Part shown: one piece after another, positions 9,197 through 16,181 of the stretch | How the letters are laid out: each line of letters opens with the position of its first letter | How positions within the stretch are numbered: the stretch's first letter is position 1 | IMG/VR virus record: IMGVR_UViG_2703718778_000012 | DNA length: 25,112 nucleotides | Reading direction: 5' to 3' (one strand) | Origin: a virus | Taxonomy: Duplodnaviria > Heunggongvirae > Uroviricota > Caudoviricetes | Translations under genes and position numbers: made by a program | Notes under the pieces: generated by a model | What the model was told of the DNA's origin: nothing | The model's input: the letters and a program-made list of their open reading frames with translations, nothing else | Database searches by the model: none

Positions 9197-9430
9197 ATGC
9201 GCATTGAAATAATGATCGATAAAGAGCAGAAGATTAGCCAGTCTATCCTGGATGCCCTTGAATCCGAGCTTTACCGCAATCTGCGCCCCCTGTATCCAAA
9301 AACGGTAATTCGTATCCGCAAAGGTAGCTCTAACGGTGTGGAACTGACCGGACTGCAACTGGACGAAGAAAGAAAACAAGTGATGAAAATTATGCAGAAG
9401 GTGTGGGAAGACGACAGCTGGCTGCATTAG
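9197..9430 (+). CDS. DinI-family protein
   Basis: 77 aa. MRIEIMIDK...LDALESELYRNLRPLYP...VIRIRKGSSNGVELTG...KIMQKVWEDDSW parallels E. coli DinI (MRIEVTIAK...) in length and pattern. Confidence 0.7.
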   Translation: MRIEIMIDKEQKISQSILDALESELYRNLRPLYPKTVIRIRKGSSNGVELTGLQLDEERKQVMKIMQKVWEDDSWLH

Positions 9431-9558
9431 AGAACGTTGCGGATGATAAAACTAGCTTTTACCATCTGCAAGGCTGAACAACGATTGTAGCGAGGTGTTA
9501 GGTGGTTCAAAAGTAAAGCGGTTATTTTGCCCGTAAAAGTGAACCACCTGTATCTTGA

Positions 9559-10299
9559 TCAGTTTTCTTTGAATTTTTCACTTAATCGTTTCGTCAATAC
9601 TTCGACAGATTCTTTGCGACCGGAGAACAAGTCATTGACGACGTACTCCATAATCTCAAAAGCATCCTCAATGTCTTTGACTTTTACTTCATCGTAGGTA
9701 TGGCTTCCGGCATTTCCTAAAAATTTAATTGCCATAAGAGGTCTTGAAAACGATCCGTATAATTCAGGTAGCATCCCTAAACGGTGGTGTAGAGTTATGC
9801 GTTTGCCATTATCATTACGTTCAGCTACATCCATAGCGGTTAGCATTCTTTCAACTGAAATTCGAATTAGGTTTGCTGCTGCGCCAGGCTGTATTAGGAA
9901 AATGGAAAATGAGGCTTCAAGCGGTTCGGTAATTTCTTCTGGGCATTTTTCAGGTATTTCGAAAGGATGCAGTGATGGGTAAAAGGTGAAAGGTCTGTGC
10001 CATTGATAGTACTCAATATCATTTCTTTCTTCATCCCAACCTTGTTCCCATCCACTCTTACCAGTACAGGCCACAACTTCACCACATTGCATTCTTGAAC
10101 AGCGGGCCATGCAACTGAAAATAGATGAATCCATTTCTGGTTCAAACCAATCTTCACTGCGGAATTTTCGGGTATCATGTGTGTCATACGAGACGAAACT
10201 TTCTTTAATGATCTGTAGGGTTTTCTGATTGCAGTTAGGGCAGGGCCACTCAACCTGCATATCGTGGAAAAACGCACCAGAGAGCTTGTGCACAGTCAT
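9559..10299 (-). CDS. Hypothetical protein with N-terminal Cys-rich (zinc-ribbon-like) region and C-terminal alpha-helical domain (possibly DUF4145-like)
   Basis: 246-aa ORF, AT-rich relative to backbone. CPNCNQ ... CMARCSRMQCGEVVAC suggests a metal-binding module. The C-terminal half (AAANLIRISVERML...FLGNAGSH) is helical; the DUF4145 assignment is from memory only. Transcribed divergently from the HNH operon. Confidence 0.65.
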   Translation of the reverse strand: MTVHKLSGAFFHDMQVEWPCPNCNQKTLQIIKESFVSYDTHDTRKFRSEDWFEPEMDSSIFSCMARCSRMQCGEVVACTGKSGWEQGWDEERNDIEYYQWHRPFTFYPSLHPFEIPEKCPEEITEPLEASFSIFLIQPGAAANLIRISVERMLTAMDVAERNDNGKRITLHHRLGMLPELYGSFSRPLMAIKFLGNAGSHTYDEVKVKDIEDAFEIMEYVVNDLFSGRKESVEVLTKRLSEKFKEN

Positions 10300-10445
10300 T
10301 CTTTGTGTTCCTCATTTTTATGATTGGTAGGGATTGTATCTTCATACACGATTACAGTTGCATTAAAGATAAGCCATAGCAAGCTACTGGAAAAGAGACG
10401 AAACAGTTGGGCATATCAGATGTTTTTTCTTAAGGTAAGTTGTTG

Positions 10446-10546
10446 TGCATGCCTATACTGCATGAGATTGCATGATCGTTTGAGGATCGTTATTGCTAAG
10501 GCCCACCAGAACTGGCGGGCTTTTGCGTAGAGCATGCAGGTGCATG
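10446..10546. repeat. Cluster of five GCATG motifs, including the direct repeat TGCATGA-N3-TGCATGA
   Basis: TGCATG at 10446, 10459 and 10469; GCATGC at 10532; TGCATG at 10541. Lies between the 246-aa gene start and the cos-like sequence. Confidence 0.35.
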
Positions 10547-10569
10547 AAAACCACTACATAAAGCGGGCA

Positions 10570-10600
10570 GGCGTGGCGGGGATACGAGCGCGCGCTCACC
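10570..10600. other. cos: Candidate cos site (cohesive-end region)
   Basis: GGCGTGGCGGGGATACGAGCGCGCGCTCACC closely resembles the P2/186 cohesive-end region as I remember it (P2 GGCGAGGCGGGGAAAGCAC followed by TGCGCGCTGAC). Includes a perfect palindrome GAGCGCGCGCTC. This is a GC-rich island within AT-rich flanks. Confidence 0.5.
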
Positions 10601-10676
10601 ACAATTAGCAAGCTTGCTTATAGGGTTGTTCAGTAATAAATTAACATCCTAATTTCTATACTTTTAAGGTTAGTTC

Positions 10677-11372
10677 ATGGCTTGCAGTAGGGGAAAAGCT
10701 TCTCCAAACGCTAATACAGTTAGACGGCTTTTTGCCAGCTCAGGTGGCTTTTGCCAAAATCCACAATGCTTGCAACCTTTGTTTGTTGATGCTGGCGACA
10801 AAAATATAACAATTGGAGAACTTGCTCACATTTTTAGTGCCATTGATAATGGACCTAGAACCAATGCTGATCTAACTGATGAGCAGAGAGGTCATTTTGA
10901 CAACATTATTCTTCTATGTGCTAATTGCCATACGACAATTGATAAGGCAGAGGAACATTTTACTGATGAAATTATCCGTTCTTGGAAAAACGGCCATATT
11001 GATAAAATAAATGCAACCTTTGGTGTTAAAACATATGACAATCGAGAATCTGTTAGACAGGAGTTAGAAAAATACTTCAGAGAAAACAATACCATTTTTG
11101 TAACATATGGACCAACCCAAGAGAACAGCGTTGACCCTGAAAATCCAAATGCAGAAGTATGGTTAAGAAAAGTACAATCTCATATCTTACCCAACAATAG
11201 AAAAGTACAGCGACTGGTTGAACAAAACTATCACCTCATGAGTGAAGATGAGAAGAATGTTTTTTCAAAGCTTTGTGTTCATATAGATGACTTTGAATCA
11301 AAACATTTGGGCTTAACCGATGCTAATGGTAGTAGGTTTCCAGAAGCTGCATCTGAACTATTTATAGGATGA
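10677..11372 (+). CDS. HNH-family endonuclease
   Basis: 231 aa. GGFCQNPQC ... ELAHIFSAIDNGP ... DNIILLCANCHTTIDK contains the His / Asn / Cys-x2-Cys-His elements of an HNH beta-beta-alpha-metal fold. AT-rich. First gene of a three-gene operon with overlapping stop/start codons. Confidence 0.75.
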   Translation: MACSRGKASPNANTVRRLFASSGGFCQNPQCLQPLFVDAGDKNITIGELAHIFSAIDNGPRTNADLTDEQRGHFDNIILLCANCHTTIDKAEEHFTDEIIRSWKNGHIDKINATFGVKTYDNRESVRQELEKYFRENNTIFVTYGPTQENSVDPENPNAEVWLRKVQSHILPNNRKVQRLVEQNYHLMSEDEKNVFSKLCVHIDDFESKHLGLTDANGSRFPEAASELFIG

Positions 11373-12028
11373 ATCCAATGAGCATAAATGCGAGTGAAGG
11401 CTATATTTCATGGATGGCAGGAAAATTGCAAGAAAATAAATGTGTCGAAAATATAGAGGTGATAGGTGATGGTACTTTAGTGATTAATACTACACAGGGT
11501 GACACCTATTTGATCGGGGCAATCAATACTGGCCGGATAACATGTCCTGAGATAAATGAATACCTAGACAATAAAAAAATTGATTTTCTATCAGTCAAGG
11601 GAGGTGTTGAATTTATCTCTGGTGATGCAATGAGATTACTAGAACAAAAGAAAATAGGAGTGGGTTCATTTGGGCATATTGCATCTTCTTTAAGAGCTAA
11701 TAATCCGCTTGAGCATCTTGATAAAGAGCATTTGTTTATAAATAGAGTGTTCAATCAACATTCACATGTAAGCTCTGTAGAGCGAGAAACCAACAAAAAA
11801 TATAGACTTAAAAGACGTGGCTTGGCGGACTTAGTTATTATCGCTGCGAATGATTATGATATGACAGCGGGTTCTGTAAGAGATGCGATAGGGTTGCATG
11901 GCAATTGTGATGTTGTTTTTTCCTCCAATCCTAATGGACGATTGACGACTCAGGCAAAAGAGGCTGCTCAAAGTATCGGGGTGGAGCTTTACAAGTTGGG
12001 TGATTTATTACGAAGAATTTCACGGTAG
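11369..12028 (+). CDS. Hypothetical protein (middle gene of HNH/NTase operon)
   Basis: 219-aa ORF whose start overlaps the HNH stop (ATGA). No motif I can assign with confidence; contains RVFNQH (R-x4-H), which is weakly reminiscent of a HEPN motif. Confidence 0.65.
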   Translation: MNPMSINASEGYISWMAGKLQENKCVENIEVIGDGTLVINTTQGDTYLIGAINTGRITCPEINEYLDNKKIDFLSVKGGVEFISGDAMRLLEQKKIGVGSFGHIASSLRANNPLEHLDKEHLFINRVFNQHSHVSSVERETNKKYRLKRRGLADLVIIAANDYDMTAGSVRDAIGLHGNCDVVFSSNPNGRLTTQAKEAAQSIGVELYKLGDLLRRISR

Positions 12029-12345
12029 TGAATTTTAAACATACGATTGAATCGATCTGTGATGTTATTATCCATCATAGTTTATATATGGTGGATGTAT
12101 ATGTATTTGGGTCAGCATTAAAGAGTTTTTGCGATGCAAATGATATTGATATGCTTGTGATAGGTGATTGTGTCGATGGTTTATTATTGAAGCGAAAGCT
12201 GCGGGAGCTTGATTTATTTGTTCCTGTTCATATTATTACAATGACGCATTCAGAAGAGTATGAACTGGGATTTATTAAGTCAGTTGGCACTTCTCTGCTT
12301 GTTGTTGATAAAAGCGTTAAGATCAATTTTGTATGTGGTATATAA
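12028..12345 (+). CDS. Minimal nucleotidyltransferase (Pol-beta superfamily, MNT-like)
   Basis: 105 aa. VYVFGSALKSFCDANDIDMLVIGD fits the GS-x(9-13)-DxD signature of minimal nucleotidyltransferases. Probable GTG start overlapping the upstream stop (TAGTG); an internal ATG is an alternative start. Confidence 0.6.
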   Translation: MNFKHTIESICDVIIHHSLYMVDVYVFGSALKSFCDANDIDMLVIGDCVDGLLLKRKLRELDLFVPVHIITMTHSEEYELGFIKSVGTSLLVVDKSVKINFVCGI

Positions 12346-12356
12346 CGGGTGGCAAT

Positions 12357-12394
12357 AAGCCTCTTCTTTGGATGGGTTTCTAAAGAAGAGGCTT
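12357..12394. terminator. Strong hairpin between convergent operons (candidate bidirectional terminator)
   Basis: Perfect 13-bp inverted repeat AAGCCTCTTCTTT (12357-12369) / AAAGAAGAGGCTT (12382-12394) with a 12-nt loop, placed between the end of the NTase gene and the stop of Q. Confidence 0.5.
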
Positions 12395-12397
12395 TAA

Positions 12398-13426
12398 TTA
12401 CAAGGAGTAATCTTGGAATTTTATTACGTCATCATGTAGCCAATTGTTCACCTCTCTAATTCGTTGTTGAAGAGGCTTTAATTCATTACGTACAAAAACC
12501 GTGGATGCCTTCTCCACATCCCCAAACCCGCCAACATTATTCGGCATGATACCCATCATTTGCGGAGGCACGCGGTGTGCCGCCATCATGTCATCCCGGC
12601 TCACGTTCTTGATGTTCAGAAATTCATCCTTTGCCGCGACTTCTGACAACGGGATAATCTGAAGACCATCCTTTTTGCCGTTAGGTGAGTACATAAACAG
12701 GTTGCGGAAGTTGCCTGGACCTTTGGCGCTTTTCATTGCGTTGCGGAGGTTGTTCACATCCTCCTGGTTCTGCGCAGCATCGGTCATGTACATGATGAAG
12801 CCAGCATGACTGCCGTTAATGTAATACTTTCGGCGGAACAGCGTGGCGGACTCGTTGAGCAGGGCTGACGGAATGGCAGAAAGATAACCGGGCAGGCCGT
12901 AGATCTCCTGGTTGATGTCCGGTTCCATCAGATGAAAGATGCTGCCTTTCGTGAACTGATATGGCTGCGTGGTCATACCGTATTGCACAAACCAGTAGGT
13001 ATCCAGGTCTAACCCGCGTCGGGTGTATTTTGCCAGGGCAGGTTCAAGGGCGATAACTTCACCGAAGCGGTTCGTGCGTTTCTCCAGGTAGGCGTTACCA
13101 AATACCAGATAGTCCTGCACAAAACGCGAAAAAGCCTGCTGGCTGAGCAGCGGGTGAGGGATGTAGGTGCTGGTCAGAATGTTGCACTTTACTGCAATCG
13201 GGGAACTATGATGCACGGCAGCGCGGAAGGTGCGCGCCAGTCCGTCAAAGCTGACGGGCGGCTCATACCAGCGGTCCATCTGTACGCATTCCACATAATC
13301 CAGCAGTTCTCGGCGGTCCAGAACAGGAACGGGATCGCCGAAGCTGAATGCTTCGGCTGTAGTTTGACTTTTAAGCTGGATCTGTTTCGTCGCCGCAGTG
13401 CGGTTCTTCTTACTCTTTCCCATCAA
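12398..13426 (-). CDS. Q: Portal protein (P2 gpQ family)
   Basis: 342 aa. Extended similarity to my recollection of P2 gpQ (GDPVPVLDRREL..., YLVFGNAYLE..., LNESATLFRRKYY.NG.HAG.IMY.TDA, IPLSEVAAKD.F.NIK, FVRNEL.PLQ.RIRE.N.WL). Start overlaps the P stop. Confidence 0.9.
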   Translation of the reverse strand: MMGKSKKNRTAATKQIQLKSQTTAEAFSFGDPVPVLDRRELLDYVECVQMDRWYEPPVSFDGLARTFRAAVHHSSPIAVKCNILTSTYIPHPLLSQQAFSRFVQDYLVFGNAYLEKRTNRFGEVIALEPALAKYTRRGLDLDTYWFVQYGMTTQPYQFTKGSIFHLMEPDINQEIYGLPGYLSAIPSALLNESATLFRRKYYINGSHAGFIMYMTDAAQNQEDVNNLRNAMKSAKGPGNFRNLFMYSPNGKKDGLQIIPLSEVAAKDEFLNIKNVSRDDMMAAHRVPPQMMGIMPNNVGGFGDVEKASTVFVRNELKPLQQRIREVNNWLHDDVIKFQDYSL

Positions 13427-15189
13427 AAAATCTCCACAATATTGCTGGTATTGGCGGATTCGCCCTGCAGCGGTTCGTTAAACAGTGCGTGCATCGTTGC
13501 CCAGGCCAGATCGGCGTGGCTGGCTTCTTCGCTGCGGCTGGCTTCATAGGTCGGGCGGTTGCCACTGGCGGTGGTGGCGCGACGGATTGCCATAAAGGAC
13601 TGCGCTATGTCGGTGTGTCCGGCGTCAAACTCCAGACGGCGGTGGCTGATAATGTCGTAGGCCTTGAGTACCAGGGCGTTTTTAACGTTGGGGTTGTAGA
13701 CAAACTCCCGGACGGCAGGAAAAAACGCTTTCACGTTCTCGTAAACCCCGTGACCAACGCCGGTTGAGTCGATACCGATATAGGTCACGTTGTACTGTTC
13801 GGTCAGTTTTTTGATGGCGTCAGCCTGGGCGCGGAAGTCCATCCCGCGCCACTGGTGACGCTCAAGAATGCGAAACTTACCGCCTGGCACGGCTGGCGGT
13901 GCCACCACCACGCATCCGGCGCTGTCGCCGTTCTGCGTACCTTTTGCCGGGTCATAACCGATCCACACCTCGCGCCAGCCAAACGGGCGCAGGGCCAGTG
14001 CATGAAAGTCGGTCCAGACTTCCCAACTGTCCACCATGCACGCCTGCAGTTCGCTGAGCGGGAACACGGACGCGAGATCGTCCACGAACTCGCACATCAG
14101 CAGGTTCTGGTATTCGTCCGGGCTGTACTCCATGCGTAGCTGGTCGAGGTCGAACAGGTTACAGCCGCCGCGCACCGCATCTTCCACGGTGACTATCTGG
14201 CGGTATTGCCCGTCTGCGCACAGCAAGCCGGGGGCCAGATTGTTGTGGGACAGGTCGATGTCCACCTTATCGGCTTTGTTGCGCCCACGGTTAAACAGCG
14301 CACCGGACCAGAACGGATAAGCACTGTGTGTCAGGCTGGATGGCGTGGAAAAATAGGTTTGTCGCCATTTTTTGTGAATAGCCATACCGGAAGCCACTTT
14401 GCGCAGCTCCTGGAATTTCGGTATCCAGAAATATTCATCCAGATACAGGTTGCCGTGGTAACTCTGGGCCGTGCGGGCATTGGTGCCGAGGAAGTACAGC
14501 GTGGCCCCGTTAGGAAGCACCATCGGATCGCCTTTCAGCTCCACCTCCACTTCTTTGGCGAAGTCGATGATGTACTGCTTAAAGACGTGGGCCTGAGCCT
14601 TGCTGGCGGAAAGGAAAATCTGATTACGCCCGGTTAGCAGGGCGTCAATCAGGGCTTCACGGGCAAAATAGAAGGTCGCGCCGATCTGGCGTGACTTCAG
14701 CAGGTTGCGGATGCGGTTGGTTTTTCCGGCTTCCCACCAGTGGCGCTGGTAGTTGAACATGGAGGAATGGAAGATTTCTTCCAGCTTCTCAATCTGTTCA
14801 TCGGTGAAAACGTTCTTTTCCGGCTGACGGCGCGGGCCTTTGTTGCGGTTGGCGACGTTAGGGTTTAAGTCGGCTTCGTTGCCGCCATTGTTAAACTTGC
14901 CGATCCGCGCATGGCGCTCCGACTGGCGCGCCAGCAGGTCAATCTCTTTGAAATCTTTCCCTTCTTTGTGCTCCTTCATAATGAGCTGGCAGTAGCGTGC
15001 GGCGGTGGTGAGCTGCATCTGATCCAGCGGCCCATAGTCACCCCACTTGTCGCGTTTTTTCCAGCTGTGAACGGTTGCAACTTTCTCGCCCAGCATTTCA
15101 GCAATGCGGGCTACGCGGTATCCCTGAAAGTACAGCAGCATGGCCTGCCGACGGGGATCGAGATCTGCGGGTGTCAGTGTGGTGTTCAT
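13423..15189 (-). CDS. P: Terminase large subunit (P2 gpP family)
   Basis: 588 aa (P2 gpP is about 590). Location and orientation upstream of Q, divergent from O, match P2 synteny. Confidence 0.9.
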   Translation of the reverse strand: MNTTLTPADLDPRRQAMLLYFQGYRVARIAEMLGEKVATVHSWKKRDKWGDYGPLDQMQLTTAARYCQLIMKEHKEGKDFKEIDLLARQSERHARIGKFNNGGNEADLNPNVANRNKGPRRQPEKNVFTDEQIEKLEEIFHSSMFNYQRHWWEAGKTNRIRNLLKSRQIGATFYFAREALIDALLTGRNQIFLSASKAQAHVFKQYIIDFAKEVEVELKGDPMVLPNGATLYFLGTNARTAQSYHGNLYLDEYFWIPKFQELRKVASGMAIHKKWRQTYFSTPSSLTHSAYPFWSGALFNRGRNKADKVDIDLSHNNLAPGLLCADGQYRQIVTVEDAVRGGCNLFDLDQLRMEYSPDEYQNLLMCEFVDDLASVFPLSELQACMVDSWEVWTDFHALALRPFGWREVWIGYDPAKGTQNGDSAGCVVVAPPAVPGGKFRILERHQWRGMDFRAQADAIKKLTEQYNVTYIGIDSTGVGHGVYENVKAFFPAVREFVYNPNVKNALVLKAYDIISHRRLEFDAGHTDIAQSFMAIRRATTASGNRPTYEASRSEEASHADLAWATMHALFNEPLQGESANTSNIVEIF

Positions 15190-15235
15190 GGCACAAACCT
15201 ACAGCCTTGAATGAAGGCTTTCCCCGCCTGCGGTT

Positions 15236-15253
15236 TGTGTGGTTGTCGGTACA
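15236..15253. promoter_or_regulatory. Candidate late-activator (Ogr/B-type) binding site TGT-N12-ACA upstream of O
   Basis: TGTGTGGTTGTCGGTACA fits the TGT-N12-ACA element described for P2 late promoters; it is centred about 88 nt upstream of the O start codon, in the P/O divergent intergenic region. Confidence 0.45.
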
Positions 15254-15331
15254 AATACCGCGCATTGTTTCATTGCCCCCATCACCGCAACCATAAGGCT
15301 CCAGTAAGTTTTTTCTAACGGAGCACGGCTC

Positions 15332-16165
15332 ATGACAGTGAAAGCAAAGCGTTTTCGCATCGGTGTGGAAGGTGCCACCACCGACGGACGCGAAATCCAG
15401 CGTGAATGGTTGGAACAGATGGCAGCCAGCTACAACCCGGCGGTGTATACCGCGCTGATTAACCTTGAGCACATCAAGTCTTATCTGCCGGACAGCACCT
15501 TTAACCGCTACGGCAAGGTGACGGCGCTGTTTGCTGAAGAAATCACGGAAGGTCCGCTGGCAGGCAAGATGGCGCTGTATGCCGACGTTGAGCCAACGGA
15601 GTCCCTGGTGGAACTGGTGAAAAAAGGCCAGAAATTATTCACCTCTATGGAAGTCAGCCCGAAGTTCGCTGATACGGGCAAAGCCTACCTGGTCGGCCTG
15701 GCTGCCACTGATGACCCTGCCAGTCTGGGTACGGAAATGCTGACATTCAGCGCCAGTGCAGCCCATAACCCGCTGGCAAACCGCAAGCAGAATCCTGCCA
15801 ATCTCTTTACCGCTGCAGAGGAAACGGTGATCGAACTGGAAGAAATCCAGGACGACAAACCGTCCCTGTTTGCCCGCGTCACGGCGCTGTTTACCAAAAA
15901 AGAGCAGTCCGATGACGCCCGGTTCTCTGATGTGCATAAGGCCGTGGAGCTGGTCGCCACTGAGCAGCAGAACCTGAGCGCACACACCGAAAAATCCCTG
16001 TCTGAGCAGGAAGAACGCCTGTCTGAGCTGGAGACTGCCCTGCAGGCACAGCAGACCGCCTTTAACGAACTGGTGGACAAGCTGAGTCATGAAGACAGCC
16101 GCCAGGACTACCGCCAGCGTGCAACAGGCAGTAACGCCCCCGCTGACACTCTGACCAATTGCTGA
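15332..16165 (+). CDS. O: Capsid scaffolding protein (P2 gpO family)
   Basis: 277 aa. KRFRIGVEGATTDGREI...INLEHIK...YTSMEVSPKFADTGKAYLVGLAATDDPASLGTEML... parallels P2 gpO. AACGGAG Shine-Dalgarno upstream. Confidence 0.9.
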   Translation: MTVKAKRFRIGVEGATTDGREIQREWLEQMAASYNPAVYTALINLEHIKSYLPDSTFNRYGKVTALFAEEITEGPLAGKMALYADVEPTESLVELVKKGQKLFTSMEVSPKFADTGKAYLVGLAATDDPASLGTEMLTFSASAAHNPLANRKQNPANLFTAAEETVIELEEIQDDKPSLFARVTALFTKKEQSDDARFSDVHKAVELVATEQQNLSAHTEKSLSEQEERLSELETALQAQQTAFNELVDKLSHEDSRQDYRQRATGSNAPADTLTNC

Positions 16166-16181
16166 TGGAGCACAAAACCCG

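Noticed and set aside
9501-9548. 9-bp inverted repeat GGTGGTTCA / TGAACCACC between the DinI-like gene and the 246-aa gene
   Set aside because: The loop is 30 nt, so the structure is weak; it might be a bidirectional terminator, but the sequence evidence is insufficient.
10446-10546. Considered whether the GCATG repeats form a CRISPR array
   Set aside because: Motifs are 5-7 bp with irregular short spacing and no long repeat-spacer periodicity; this is not a CRISPR array.
10677-12345. Considered a CBASS-like (cyclic-oligonucleotide) system because of nuclease plus nucleotidyltransferase
   Set aside because: The transferase is only 105 aa, far smaller than cGAS/DncV-like cyclases; it fits the minimal nucleotidyltransferase class instead.
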